A stretch of 64,000 bases of DNA, taken from Camelus dromedarius (taxonomy: Eukaryota). The notes beneath the pieces were generated by a model that searched no databases, was not told the origin of the DNA, and worked only from the letters and a program-made list of their open reading frames with translations. Below, in pieces: positions 36,481 to 51,400 of this stretch (positions are counted from its first letter, which is position 1; each line of letters starts with the position of its first letter). The DNA lies in the NCBI RefSeq assembly GCF_036321535.1, contig NC_087436.1:83206001-83270000 (forward strand), given 5' to 3'. Made by a program: the position numbers and the translations under genes.

Positions 36481-39400
36481 GAGGGAGGGAGTCTCATCTT
36501 AGCCAGGCAGCATCTCATTTTAGCCAGGCTGCCTCTTTCATTGGTTTCTGTTCAGCGTGTTTTTCACTTCTTTTTAGAACACACCCGCTCCGATTTTGGG
36601 AGAACCTTGTTTACGTTATCTTGTTCTCAGTGATTATGCTATTTGCAAACGATTTAAAGAGCGCTTTCAGTTGCGCTTCTCTGTGGTAATCTCTGTACAG
36701 ATTAGGTCAGATACTGTGGCTTCGATTTTACGGAGGTGGAGCAGATCGCCACACTCTTAATCTTGGAAAATTTGCCCGTCTGAGAGAAGAAAATATTTTA
36801 CTTTTTGTTCGTTTTGCTTTCAACTTGAGCGAAGTCGAGGATCTTTTTTCTGTTGGTCATTTGCATTTTTGACGGGGTGAACTGTCTCATTAATATTTTT
36901 GCCTTGCTTTAAAAAAATTGAGTTGTTAATCTTTTAAGTATTTTTTGGAAGAGTTTTTGAATGTTGAGTATGAGTAACTATATGTCGGTCATATATGTTG
37001 TAAAATTTTTCCCAGCTTGCCTTTAATGTTATTTTTTGGCCTACGTCAGTTTTTTATTTTAAGGAGGCTTATGGATTTTGTGTCATGTTAGAAAGCTGTT
37101 CACAGTCCAAGTTTTTTTTTTTTAATTTTCTTTTTTTTTTTTTTTAATGGAGATACTGGGAATTGAATCTAGGACCTCGTACATCCTAAGCGTGCGCTCT
37201 ACCACTAGGCAATTTCCCTCCCTTCAAGGTTTTTTTTTTTGTTTTTTTGTTTTTTTTAATGTTCTCATCTTTATAGTAATTTTAAGCTTTTACTTTTAAA
37301 CTTAAAATTTTTGATGGACTTGGAAATTATTTTGATATGAGTAGTGACGTAGGGGGATCTAGATTAATTTGTTTCTCCAAAATGGCTAACCCAGTGTCCC
37401 AATACCCCTTCTTTTTTTTTTTTTTTTTTTGTAACTGGTTTGAAATGCTGCGTCTCTAAACGACTTTAATCTGTTGGGCCATTTTTCTTTATTGCCAACC
37501 TGTTTCGGTTCTTTTAGCATTTGTATTATGAAGTGGTTTGTGCTTTGCTATTTTTACATGAATAGATTTTATTTCGTTGGAACTGAAAAGTGAGAAAATG
37601 GTCCCAAACCTTTCCTACTTTTTTTGGCGAACAAGTAAGAGTACGTGGTAACTAGTGGACGGTTTTAAATCTTTAACTTTTAGAAAGTGCTAAATAGACT
37701 CTAATGCCAATAAAAATTCTTTTAACAACATCCTTTTAAAGTATAATTTCCCAAAGACAATTCTTCCTTTTAAGACTATAGGTCTTGGCTTCTATATGGA
37801 GCTGTCAGGAGGGGCTATTGTTATTTGCTTTGTTTTTTTTGGAAAGAGGGTATCTCAGAATGCACAATATATTTACTCCTAAAATGAGCTATGTTGTTAT
37901 ATTTTTTGCAGACTTCTTCATTTCTGTCCCTTCAAATTTAATTTCTCTCTCTCAACTTATTAAACAGAAATCTAAAAGCAAATATTTAATTAGCTATTTT
38001 AAAGGTATATTTATTCAATTTAAAACAAAGTATGAATCAATGCTTTCCCAAATTAAAAAAATCCGTTGTCAAGGCACCGGTTATTGCTCATTTGTCTGCT
38101 TTCCATTCTTGAATTTTCTTTAATGAGAAGTTCATGTTAAGTCAAGAGTTGTCTAGGTGAAATTTTTTTCCAGGTGTTTTAAGTGTATTGTAATGAAATT
38201 AATAATAATAGTGGGCAACAGTCAGAGTGATGATAGTTCCTGGTTGGATTTGCTCTGCAGAGTGCATTAAGTTAGGAAAAAAGATGAAGATACATTCCAT
38301 GGACCAAGGAGTGGAGCACATGCTGATTCTGTCCTCAGACGGAAAACCATTTGAGTACAACTATAGCATGGAACACGCAAGGTAGGAAAAATTTTTTTCT
38401 TTCATTGAAAATTATTTAAACTTTACTCAAAGGCAATCATAATTTTTGTAGGAAAATTATGGTTTTTGTCCCCTGCTTTATATAGTGGCATCTTAAGTCA
38501 TCAGTGAATTCTGAACTAATCTGTGAATTCTATCAGCAAACTGTAAATCAACTTATGTCTCCTAGCGCACGTACCATGTGTTACTTTGGCATTTAACGGA
38601 AATGATTGATTAGTCCATGTAGCCCCAGATTGGACTTTCAAATTCATTAACTCAATCAACCCTCACACTAATGCCACGTTAGATTGACAGAAATAGTTTT
38701 CAGACTAGTAAAAAATGTATTATCACGGAATGATTTGTGAGACTTTTTCCTGGTAGATTATGTGAATTAGACCTTACATCTTGTATTATTCCTGTATCAT
38801 AAAATTATTGTTTGTGAGTCTTAGAATCCTCATACTATAGTTTTATAACACATGTTATTTGCCTTTTAAACTAATTAAAATGTATATTATTTTTATAATG
38901 AATTTAGATGGCTGAATGTGAAGCAGTAAATTTGACATTTTTCTTGAGCTTCAATCCTAATTAAATACAGTTAGTAATTCTTACATCAATGTTGTGACTT
39001 TCATTATGTGATCGACATAAAATATATTTTCTTTGATCAGGTTTCAGTGCATTTTACAAGAAAAAAGTATAATTCAGATCACATGTGGAGACTATCATTC
39101 TCTTGCACTCGCAAAAGGTACTTTTCTGAAATATGAATTGTTTTTTAGAGCAAAGAAATGTGTGTGCATAGAAAACTAGTAGAATGTATGCGTTTCACTT
39201 TGTAACAACAGAAATACGGTTTTGAATTTGATATGATCCAGAGCACTTCTAAAAGAGACACAAAATTAGAGATATTTCTCGGACCTAGAAAACCTGCAGG
39301 TCTCCATAATTCCTATGCCTACATTTTGTTCTGTCTAATGACAAAATGAAAACAATTTAGTACTTTATTTAAGGGAGAGCGACCCACGGCTTGAGAGTGT

Positions 39401-42400
39401 ACTATGCTCACAAGCAGTGGAGGATTCTTCCTGAGGGGTTTTGGGCGAGGGTGAGTTTCACAGAGTATTAGAAGCTTCATCAGCAGGGCATGATCGGCTG
39501 AGGTGGCATATCTGACCTTATTTAGAAAGATCAAGGAATGAAGAAGTAGAGCCCAGGGTGGCCTTGGTGTTCGGGTCTTGCAGACTGGGTCTGTGCTGCG
39601 TTTTGGTCAGCGGGAGCATCAGAGGGCGGTTTGCTGACACGGCCGGGACGGCTCCACCTTGAGCCTGGAGATTTATTTCGACAGTTCCATGTGTTTTATT
39701 TTTCAAACAGGAAACAATGAAAATATTCAGAATAATCAAAATCATCCTCTGTGGAGTCAGGACCAGAAGGGTCCTTTTCCACACTTCTTTCCCTTTTCCT
39801 AGTGCTCTTCCGGCTCCATGGTGGAGCTCACAGTCCCTCGGGTCTGCTTTTATGGCCAGTTCGCTTGCCCCTGACGTGCTTTAACATTACTTTTTGCATT
39901 CGGGGATTCTCCCCAGCCCTTTGTTACTTCTTATGTCTTATCAGACACTGTAATGGTGGAAAAGGGAAGTGGTGAATGTGGATTATTTCCTGAAGAAACT
40001 TGACCATGGAGGACTAAGACAGGAAGGTGCTAGAAGGGAATTCAGGGTCCAGGAATTTTTTTTTTAAAATATATAGCACAGATATAAACATAAACTGAAT
40101 GGAAGCTGGGGTTCAAGTGAAGTAAATCATCAAGTATTTGACCTGTATTGAAGGCCCTGTTAAGGTCTGAGTGTGTAAACTTGGAAAAAACTGGTTGTTT
40201 GCCTTCACCCATTTGTGAACAGATATTTCATTTTGAGTATCTCCCATGCCCAGGTTGTGAAGGTGAAATAGACACACTCTGCCTTCAAGAAGCCCAGGAT
40301 CTAGTGATGTGGGGGGAAGGGGTTGTTCAGGGTTTATTATCAGTAAATCACAGTCTAGGGAGAATGAAAGTTGGGAAAGCAAGAAAGGGAACTGATCCTG
40401 CTCATCATTAAATTCTTGGTGGCTGGTAGGCACGAGATAATTATGTTTGAAGGAAAATCTCTGCCTCCCACCAGGTCCTGCACAGAATCTTGCAAAGCGG
40501 TGCTCAGTAATTGTTAATTTTCTGATAGGCTTTTTCAGACTCCAGTAGATACTACCCTCTCTGTTAGATAACATCTGAGAACTTTTCTTATGTTTCATAT
40601 ATTCAATTAAATGGAAGATGATGCTGACTTTTTCAAGATACTGTGCTGTCGTTTCAATTTTTTTTTTTTTTGGCAGGGGGAGGGTTTTTTTTGGGGGTAA
40701 TTAGGTTTATTTATTTTTTTGATGGAGGTACTGGGGATTGAACCTAGGATCTCATGTGTGCTAAGTATGCGTTCTACCATGTGCTATACTCATCCCCCTG
40801 TTTCAAGTGTATTTTTAAATTGTTTATTTAGCATCTTCAGGCACTTGGCAGGGGAGAAAAAGAAAACAGTAGTTTTAGGTCTTATTTTCCCAAATGTAGA
40901 ATGTTACTGTCTTTCATAGGCCCATCCTGTGGATTTTTAAAAATAAGTATTTCTTGAATTTTATTATAATATGTTCAGATAGCTTTTTTCTATCTGTCTT
41001 TGTTCATTTGGCTGCTGGAACAAAAATAGACTGTGTGGCTTAAACAGCAGACATTTATTTCTCACAGTTCTGAAAGTGGAATTCCAGTTCAGGGTTCCAG
41101 CAGATTCAGTGTCTAGTGAGGGCCAGTCTTACAGATGGAGAAGTCCAGCGAGAGCTCTCTGGGGTCCCTTTTATAAGAGCATTAATCCCATTCACGAAGG
41201 CTCCACCCTCCTGACCCCATCTAATCCTCGTCACCTCCCAAAGGCCCCACCTCCTAATACCATCACACTGAGGGTTAGGAGTTCAACATAGGAGTTTTGG
41301 GGGGACACACATTCAGTTCATAGCACTACCCTTTGAGTAGGTGGTAAGGAAGTGTAACTGTTACTGCTAAAGGGAAGGTTCTCCTAGTTTTTCTGACTGA
41401 GACACAGGAGATCTGAGAAGTCCTGTCAGTTTGAATGGAAGAGATTGTGATGGTATAGCATGGATAGCATATATAATGTCCTAGGGTGATGTCTGCTGCA
41501 TTTTAAACTTACTAAGACAGCATTTTCTTTGTTTATGTCAAGGTGGTGAGCTTTATGCTTGGGGCCAGAACTTACACGGCCAGCTAGGAGTTGGAAGTGA
41601 ATGTACCTCAACCCCCACACCGCAGATTGTGGAGCACCTGTCGGGAGTCCCCTTGGTTCAGATTTCTGCGGGAGAAGCCCACAGCCTGGCCTTATCCATG
41701 TCCGGAAACGTTTACTCATGGGGAAGAAATGATTTTGGACAGCTGGGCCTGGGCCACACCGACAGTATGGAAACATTTTCAAATTTATATTATCAACACG
41801 TGTATTTGTTAGATAAGAGATGGATTTAACCCAGACCTCCCTATCAAAAATGGTTCAGATCCCCAGTCTCATTTGCACTGTTCTTCCTGGTTATCCCTCT
41901 GTTTTCAGGGCAGAATTGGTCTCAAAGACATGCACGATGTGGGGGTCATGGCTGTAATTGAGACACGTGTCAGGGCCGAGTGGGAGAAAGGAGAGAGCGT
42001 TGGACTGGGGGTCGGAATGCCTGGGGTCTGATTCCCACTCCAAAGTTAACTAACTGCAGGGCCTACCCGAGTCACTGCACTTTTCTCTAGGTCTTACTTT
42101 CTTTTTTTGTGATGAGTTTGGATGAAATGACCGTCAAGGTACCTGTGCACTTAAATGTCTGTTAATAAAATTATGTCATGACAAAAGGATACTAAAAGTC
42201 TATTTAAAAACTCATCTATTCTAACTTTATTCTATAAGGCATGACTTATATCTGTACACACACACGAAAAAACAAGTAATTCGCATTATTGAGCTACCTC
42301 CACAAAGCAGGTGGCAATGTTTCTGATGCTCCCACTTTATTAATAGAGTTTTCAGGTGTGGTGATGTACACATTACCTCCTGGGTTTCTGATCAAACTCT

Positions 42401-45400
42401 GCGTTTCTGCCTGACATGGCCCAATGCTAGTTACGTGGCCCAATGCTAGTTACTCAGGAGAACCTGTAAGTCAGTGTTAGAACAGTATTCGAAGGAGGAA
42501 AAGGACTAAAAGACACTTGAACTTATTTTTGCTGAATCTCTTAAGTGCTTGGACAAGAAAATAATCATGAAAGAAAAAAAGGTAGTGTTGGTCAAGGACC
42601 CTGTAGTTGAGAATTTGAAAGAAACAAAGAATCTTTATGTTCACGAAAAGGGTGATTCTCTGTGGGAACTGGAAATAACCAGAAATACTGCAGGGAAAGC
42701 TAATTAAGTCAGGTTAAAAAGAGAAGAATGGGCTCTGGGAAGTGGCTTGACACTTTTATTGGTGAGGCCCCAGTGTGGCTCTACCTCCACTTGGAGACTT
42801 AAACATAACGGACAGGGTAGAGCCTTCCTCGTCAGAGTGTGCTGGGGGCTGCGGTGCTGGGCTGAGAGGAGGTCGCCCAGGTACTTATCAGTGGCAGGAC
42901 TCCGGTGTGAAGTTCGGCATTTCCTTTGGTCACGTGAACTCTCCTTCCCTTGCACAGATAAAGATTATCCTGCCCTCATTGAAGCACTGGACAATCAGAC
43001 AATTGAATTTCTCGCTTGTGGCGGCTCTCACAGTGCCCTGCTCACGAAGGTGCGTGTACCCTTGTCCCATTGACTGTAATTCCGGAAGGATGCCTTGTGG
43101 TGGGGAAAGCACTGGAACATGGAGATGTGGGCAGTTAGTGTTTCCCAGGGAGGAAGGGTTGCCACTTCCTACATGCAGCACTGGCCTCCTGGTAATTGGA
43201 GGTCTTTGCTTTTGACGGTGCTTTTATTAATTATTCACAGATACCTTTGCATTGGTGAATGTTACTTCTGTGTCCTGTTTCTCTAGAATCTGATATGAAG
43301 TTCCCTTTCTTTAGGATGGGCTGGTGTTCACTTTCGGTGCTGGAAAATATGGGCAACTCGGTCACAATTCAACACAGAATGAGTTAAAACCCTGTTTGGT
43401 GACTGGGCTCGTTGGGAATAGAGTGACCCAGATAGCATGTGGAAGGTAAGTTGCAAACTGTCAGTGAAAATTGATGAAATATATACAATAAATTTAGATA
43501 GGTAGTTTAATAAAATTTCGATCAGTTTCTTTGATTGAGATAAAAGTATCGAACATTTTTAGATAGGTAAAGATGCTTAATTTACATTATTAGATAATCA
43601 TAATAAATCTTTATTTTAGTATATATATTTGTTTTCATTGATTTTTTTTTTATGAGCAGATATGTTTACTTTCTTTTGCTCCTTTAGTGAAATACCTTTG
43701 TAACGGTTCAGATGCATTTTGTCTTTAAGAAAAATAAGTTATCACTTATTGGGGAAAAAATAGACAGACGTATTAGAAAGGATTGTTCAGTGATGTAATC
43801 ACTCTTTCTCACACACCCCTCCAGGGCCAACTTTCCATGATTCTTTCAGAGTGGTCACAGTATAAGACAAAGTCAGTGGTGGTTTGAATAGAATGTTTTT
43901 TAAAGTTTGATTTTCACAGGTCTTGTTTTTAAAACAAAAGTAAAAAAATTCGCTCAAACACTTTGATTTACTTAACAGTTTTCTTCTTTGAACATCAGCC
44001 CACTTCTCACCAGTGGGATGATGGGTCTGGGTGTGGTTAAGAAATAGTCACACAAATAAATTTATTCCTCTTTTGGGTAATTTTCTCCTGACTGAACACA
44101 AGCAAATTCATACTGTATCTGAATGTTGGGTTCATTTGTTTGTTTACAAACCTTTACAATAAAAAACTGGTGTATGTACTTTCAGTCTATAGGCATATTC
44201 TCTTAAGATCTTGGAGTAAAATTACATAAATAGATATTCTTAAGGTAGACTAGCTTATTGGGATGGTATGATTCCCTGCATTCAGTATCTCTGCATTAAT
44301 CAAAGGAACATTGTCACCACTTTGGATTCATCATAACACACATTCCTCTGAGTTGCATGTGTTACAGGAGGAGCCATCACTTTAGGGATGTCTTAATGCA
44401 AACCAGGGCAGTACCCCTGCTAAGAGAGGAGCATTCACTGGAAAGACACAAAACTCACTGGAAGCTATTATACTGATGGTCATTTTTATTGTAAGAAGAG
44501 GACATAAAGTAGAACCATTCAAAGGAAAAGATGCATTGGACAGAGACTAGAAGGAGTCCATATGAGGAGATTCTGGTGTCCTCTCCTGTTCAACCCATGG
44601 ACATTGTCACCTCCTCCCAGCCTGATACATGGCTGTGAAGAGTACTGCCAAACAGGGAAGCTCACCCAAGTCCAGGATCGTTACTGGGGTTTCATTGCTT
44701 CCTTGTGATTGATTGAGTCATTGCCCATATGGTTGAACTCAGTCTCCAGCCTCATCTGCCCAGAGGTTGGGCTTATGTACAGCTGGAGGGGCCTTCCATG
44801 ACCCCCTGGGTAAACTATTAGGTGTGGCCTTATTGGCCTACAGTGAATAACAAAGACACTTCTGTCCCTTGGGAAATTCTAAGAGTTTAGACATTACCTC
44901 CCAGGAACTGAGGACAAAGTTTGCCAGACCTCTGAGTGAGGCCAAATTCTTCACTTACACATCTGTGTAGTGGGAGCAGCCATCAGGCAAATCAGTAAGA
45001 TAAACGTCTTTGGGAAATAGAGTGTGGGTTCAGAGAGGATCACCTAATTCCATCTTCTAGGATGGGGAGAGGATGGACTCAGAGATGGCTTGTAGGAGGT
45101 GGTGACTCAAGCCAAGGCTTAAAAAAGGAGTCGAAGACAAGAGGAGGTGTTTGTTCTGACAAAGGGAACATCATTTGCCAAGGTGCAGCATGGTGGTCTT
45201 GAGAGGACTTAAGGGTTCCCAAATTGTCTCAGCCACACATAGTGATTTCTTAGTTTCCAGGTGGCTAATTTCACCCACTGGGAGTTGGTGAATTAGTTTT
45301 ACTCACTGGGTCTCCTAATTTCTGCCGTTACCTATGTAGCTGCGTGCTCTCATCACTGTGGATCATTGAGAATTGACTGTATGTGCTTTTATTTAACAGG

Positions 45401-48400
45401 CGGCACACACTTGCCTTTGTTTCTGATTTGGGGAAGGTCTTTTCTTTTGGTTCTGGAAAAGAAGGACAACTGGGAAACGGTGGGACACACAATCAGCTGA
45501 TACCACTTCCCATGAAATTGTCATCAAATGAAGAGCTCAAATTTGGTAAATCCTGTAGGAGCACAGGATTTGGCATAAATACCTTTGTTGAGAAACTGAT
45601 TTTTCCAAGTGTGTAATGTGCAAGAAGAAAGATGTATGACTACGGAGGGAGTTTTTCTAGGCATTGGCTCATTTTTGTACTTGTAAACAACTTGAAAATA
45701 TTCAATCTGATTCCTTAAGTCAAAATGACCATTCGTTTTCTCTTAGCCCTTCAGAGTAAGATTAATGTGGACTTAAAATGATACAATATAAAACAGACTG
45801 TGTGGGTCCAGGGGCCCTTGCAGCCTCTGGTTCCAGCGTGCGAGGGACCCTGTTAATCCCACGGCGATACAGACCCCTCCGCGTGCCGAGCAGCTGCCGT
45901 ACGCCGGGCACCGGAACTGTGCTGCGTACTTGCGTGTGTTGTCTCACCTGTCCTTAAACAGTTCTGGGAAGTGTGTGCTCTCAGTCCTGTTTTACTGGAG
46001 GGTACAGAGACCTGGAGAGTTCGGGATTAGCCCCTGCCTGGTGCTTTGGCTCGATTTGAACTGTGCCCTGTGTAACTTGAGCTCTTGGCTGTGAAACATT
46101 CCACTATTCAAGTGCCTCTGAGCACTGTGATTGCTTGTTTCTGAAAGCTTAGTGGTAACCCGGAGTATCAAACTCTCAGTTCTTTTGGAGAAATGAATAG
46201 TAGGGTTATTTCCTTAAGCAGTTCATATATTATATTTGGTTTCTTATAACCACTTACATGGACTTTTGAAGTACTTACATTCTTCACAGCCAATAGTCAT
46301 TGATTAAATCTTGAGTTGTAGAATAGGGTTTTTAGTAACAGGAGCTGAATTAAACCAGGGAAGAGTTAACTAGTCAAATACTTGTTTGACTGTGTTTTAT
46401 ATAGATAAGCATTTATATTAATTATGTGTATTAAACTGATACCACATGTCAACCTTACAAATCACCTGTTTACCAACTAGACTTCACCCTAAAGTAGATA
46501 CATATTTCTGCTTTATGGATGTGAACTGAGTCTTTGTCAGAAAGATAAAAGGACTAAATTTAAGAAGCATCTGAAATTATTTAGATTGGGTGTATATATT
46601 TGTGCCAAATGAGTTTCTAAACTCTTATTTTTTGTAAATCCCTTTCAGAAAGCCGCACCTCAGAAAAGGAGTTAATAATGATTGCTGGAGGGAATCAAAG
46701 CATTTTGCTTTGGATGGAAAAAGAGGTAAAAATAGATCTTTAGAAATTTCATAATGTATTTTAAGCAAAACAGAAGGTTCCAGAATCTAGATTTGGTGAA
46801 TTTCAAAATCATCAGGTTACTAGGCTGACTTCTGGGGGATGGCTAGACATTCTTGACCCTTTGTTGTCTAAACTACGTACATAACTACTCATAAAAGTCA
46901 GCAGATTTGCCCTCAGTGTGTGTCAGATAAGTGTGATTTCCTTAGACTCTGCTTACCTTTTGGGAGGCTCCTTGCCAATGGCATTTTGGTCAGGGTTCTA
47001 GTGAGCCAGTAGGTTGGCATTCTGAAGTGACTTTGCAGCTAGTACTAAAAACAGACGCAAGATTCATAGGCTTTTGAATAAACAGTACATAACCTCCTCA
47101 TCCTACTTCACCAAGGCAAACTGAATTCCTCCTACTTCTGTACCCAGTCCTTTTAGAATCTTCCCACTCAAAGCTGTCTCATGTTCGGTTTAATCTGATT
47201 ATACCTGTATAAAGTGAGTATTGGGGCATTCAGAGAAATTTACTTTGAATCTAAGCCTCCTTGGGCAAGAAATTGGCAACCAGGCAAATGATTGATTGCA
47301 CCTTGGTAGAATCTTCCTTCATGATTTTCCAGAGCTATATTATCCAACTTGTGAGTATCACTCTCCTTAGAAGGTGCCTGAAAGTTGGATACCTATTTCT
47401 GTTGTGTCTAAATTACTATATTTTACTTTTTTGTTTAGAATTCCTATGTTAATCTGAGGAGGAAAATTCCTACCTTGAATGAAGGCACTGTGAAGAGATG
47501 GATTGCTGATGTGGGGACTAAACGGTGGCAAAATACAAAAAGGTACACTCCATGTGTCTGACGGTCTGCTCATATAGCTCTCTAGAGCATTGTTTCCCTA
47601 GCTGGTTCTGCACACTGCAGAGATGCAAGATTTTAGTGGTCCATTAGTTAGAGATCTCCAGAGAAACAGAATCAGTTGTGTGTGTGTGTGTGTGTGTGTA
47701 GAGAGAGAGAGAATGAGATTTTAAGGAATTGCTCATGCAGTGGTAGGGGCTGGCAGTGAGTACAAAATCTGTAAGGCAGGACAGCAGGCTGGAGACCCAG
47801 AGAAGAGTTGATATTGCAGCTTGAGTCCCAAGGCAGTCTGGAGGCAGAATTCCCTCTTTCTCTGGAGACCTTAGACTTTTTCTCTTAAGGCCTTCAACTG
47901 ATTGGATGAGGCTCACCCGCGTTATGGAGAATAATCTGCTTTGCTCAGAGTCTACTGATTTAAATGTTAATCTCATCTAAAAAACACCTTCACAGCAACA
48001 TCTAGATTGATGGTTGATCAAATCTCTAGGTACCACGGACTGGCCAAGTTGACACATACAATTAACCGTCACAACTAGCATGTAAGCTCCATGAGGGCAG
48101 CTTTCTTTACTGCAGGACTTCTCTGGGCCTTTGATGTGTTTGCGTAATTGTGACTTTGAGCAGGAAATAGAGCCTACAGTTTTCCAGCCCTGTTTGATTT
48201 TGGAACTTCTTGTTTGTTGAGCTAATATTTACAGGTGGACAGCTTGGGCAACCTTGCTCTAAATGAGAGAATTCCTACCACCTGTAAAGGTTATTCTCAT
48301 TTTTACAGGTCTTTCCTTTTAGAGACATTTTTAGGTATCACTTTCTATTTCTGGAATGTGGTTATAAGAAATGCCTGCATCATAACTTGCAGAGCACAAA

Positions 48401-51400
48401 TGATAGAGAACTATTGATGCAGGTACTTCTAAGGTGGCCCTGAGTGTACCTCCCTCCGTTTTGTTTCTGATAATTTTTTTTATTTCCACCTAAGTGGAAT
48501 AGAAATAAATAGGGCTTGGAAAGCCAGGTGGGTTGGGAATGTTTTATTTGTCCAAGAAAACACTGACCCTCGGTCAAGCCTTCTTTCTTTTCTTTCCCTG
48601 TGGTTTCTCTGAGTACATATCTTTTTATTCCCCATGTTTGCCTCTGAAATTTTGATATTTAGCAAATGAAATAGACTTTCAGATGCCCATGGCAATATGC
48701 AAATAAATCAGAGATAGAGGAAGAATTTTGAATGACAATTATAAGATGTTTTATTATCCTGTTTCCTGCTGTAAGGAGTCATACTCTGATTTGTTTTAAC
48801 CACCATTTTATTCCTGATCTAGGGAAATCAGAGAGATATTTTCATCTACTGCGTGTCTGACTGGAAGTTTTTTAAGGGAAAGGTAATATATATAGTAAAG
48901 TTAAAATTCTGTTAAAAACACTATGTATAGATAGCATGGTGACCGTGGTTAATAATACTATATTGTATATTTGAAAGTTGCTAAGAGAATAGATCTTAAA
49001 AGTTCTCATCACAAGGAAAAAAAACTTATAACTGTGTGGCGATCATTTCACAATATATACTATACATACATCAATGCGTTATGTTGTACACACCTGAAAC
49101 TAGATTATGTTATATGTCAGTTATATCCCAATTTTAAAAAAAATGTTTAAAAAAAAAGGTTTGATGGTAAAATAATTATCTATGTCTTTATCTGTTTTTA
49201 AAAATTACTTTTTTTTAACAAAAGCACACATATGCTTGCTGTAGAAAATATCAAAAATACAGATATGAAACAAAAAGAAAATGAAAATCAGCCAGAATTC
49301 ACCACTTAAGTGTAATAGCTAGCATGTATATATATGTATATTTTTCTATGCAAATGTGTTCTTTTACAAAAATGGGGTTATATTGTTTTATACATGGCTT
49401 TACACTTAATATATTTGCCCATTTTCCATTTTATTCAATTTCCATATTGTTCAGTATTTTCCTGTAACATTATTTTAATGGCTGCGTGGTATTCCATGGG
49501 AAGGATGTACCTTAATTTGATTATTTCCTTATTGTAAGATACTAAGGTTTCTTTGAATTTTTAACTATTATGAAAGAATGGTTTTGTACTTCTTTTCCTA
49601 AATATTGATATAATATTTATTTAAAAGAATTTTTCTACTTCTAGACACTGAATATATGTATTATTTTACGAATAATGTGTCTATTTTTAGACAGTATATT
49701 CAGTATAGTATAGATATGATTCTTGGCTTAAGATACTTAGATATTTCATTAGTAATTTTTTTATTGGAATACTAAGAATTTACTGCTCTGAAACCCCTTT
49801 TTTGGTCCCCGCTTATATAGTTCGTGTAACTGGGAGAAATGATCATTTTTTTCAGAAGCGAGAAAAACTTACCTTTTTTTCATTGGAAAATAAATATTTA
49901 TTGATTACTCATTTAAGTTAAGACAACATGTGAGTTAAAGTCAGATAGCAAACATATTGTTAATGAAGCCTTGATATTTTTTGACATTTTAGAAATAATC
50001 ATATGTTGTCAGCTACATTTTCAATTGTTTTCATATTCAGCCAAATTTTTTTAGTTATTGTAAAGCTGAGAAAAATAATTTTTTTAAGATGAAGTAAGCT
50101 TTAGAAAAAACTTTTCATCTGGATAGATAATCTAATAAAATATTTAATTTTGAAGTATCCTTTTTCATTTACTTATTCATCTCGTTTTCATTTATCTTCC
50201 TTCCACAGAATAGCTGGAGAAATGGTGTCTATTCATTTGGACTTAAATATAGCAAGAAACATCTTTAAGAAGTTAACCCAAAAGGACTGGATTACTAACA
50301 CGGTGGTATTCCCTGGATTGTTATTTAGAAAAGGAAAATACATTGAAACATTTTTATAAGAACTCAAAATTTCAGAAGAAATACTGTGTTTTGAGAGATT
50401 CTCTGAGACCCTGTGGCGTATCCAGGTTCAGTTAAGCTCCGATAGCATTCAGGGCTTGCCCACTTAGGGTGGAGTAGTTGGTATGGTTGGCACGTGGGCT
50501 ACAAGCAGTCTACAGAGCTCATCTGTACACGCACACGCATACACGTGTGTGCACGCTCCTGGAAGGAGTGTTTCCAACTCGGCTTTAGGAAGGTGATGAA
50601 AACATTTGTTGAGACTGGTCCACTAGGATAAGAACATTTTATTTGCAATTATTTTAATATAAGTGTAGAAATGAGAACACTTTTTCTGATGTGAATGTCC
50701 CCCTCACCAAGGGCTGCTGGATTCTTCCCTGTGATTTGCTGCATCGCACTCCTTTTCTGTGGCTTCCAGAACGGTCTTCATTCTGGGATTGTTGCTTCTT
50801 TGTTTCAGCACTGTTACTACCGTCTTTGGGCTTCCCACTTGGAGATGCCTCAGACATGCTTCCTTTGTTAATGCAGCCCTTTCTGATGCAGCCTTTATTA
50901 ATTTATTTTCCTGTTCTACTGTACTGATTGGTCTGGGGGATGATACTTTCCATGTTATCCTCTCAGTCTGTTTCTAGGTCTTGCTCTGGTTCTTTTTTTC
51001 TCTCTCCTTCACTTCTCTTCCCTCCCCTGCCCCCTCTCCCCCTCCCTCATCATTTGGTCTTCCCTTCTGCTTCTGGGTCTCCCTCTCTCTCCCTCTCCTC
51101 TCACGCTCGCTCTCTCCCTGCTCTCGGCGCCCTCACCTGCCCCCACTGCCCTCTTACTCTGTCTGTCACAGGCAGCATCTGTATCTCAGCTGCAACTTCT
51201 CTCTCTTACACACACTCTTTTCTCTCAAGGGAAGTTGGAAAGTTTAGTTATGTTAACTTTGGCAGAACCACTGCCCAATTAGGAGTCAGAGGTAAAGTGG
51301 ATCCCTAATTATACACCTTTATCAGGGCTCTGCAGCACTCAGTGGAAAGATCACCAAAAACAGAAGGCCATTTCTGCATCCGTGAAGGAAGAGGTTGGAC

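Noticed and set aside
35131..36502. Several long overlapping ORFs (130-262 aa) on both strands
   Set aside because: A by-product of stop-codon scarcity in the CpG island; only the frame from ATG 35849 to the donor at 36143 matches HERC5.
50990..51225. CT-rich stretch with Pro/Ser/Leu-rich ORFs
   Set aside because: Low-complexity polypyrimidine sequence without coding signature.
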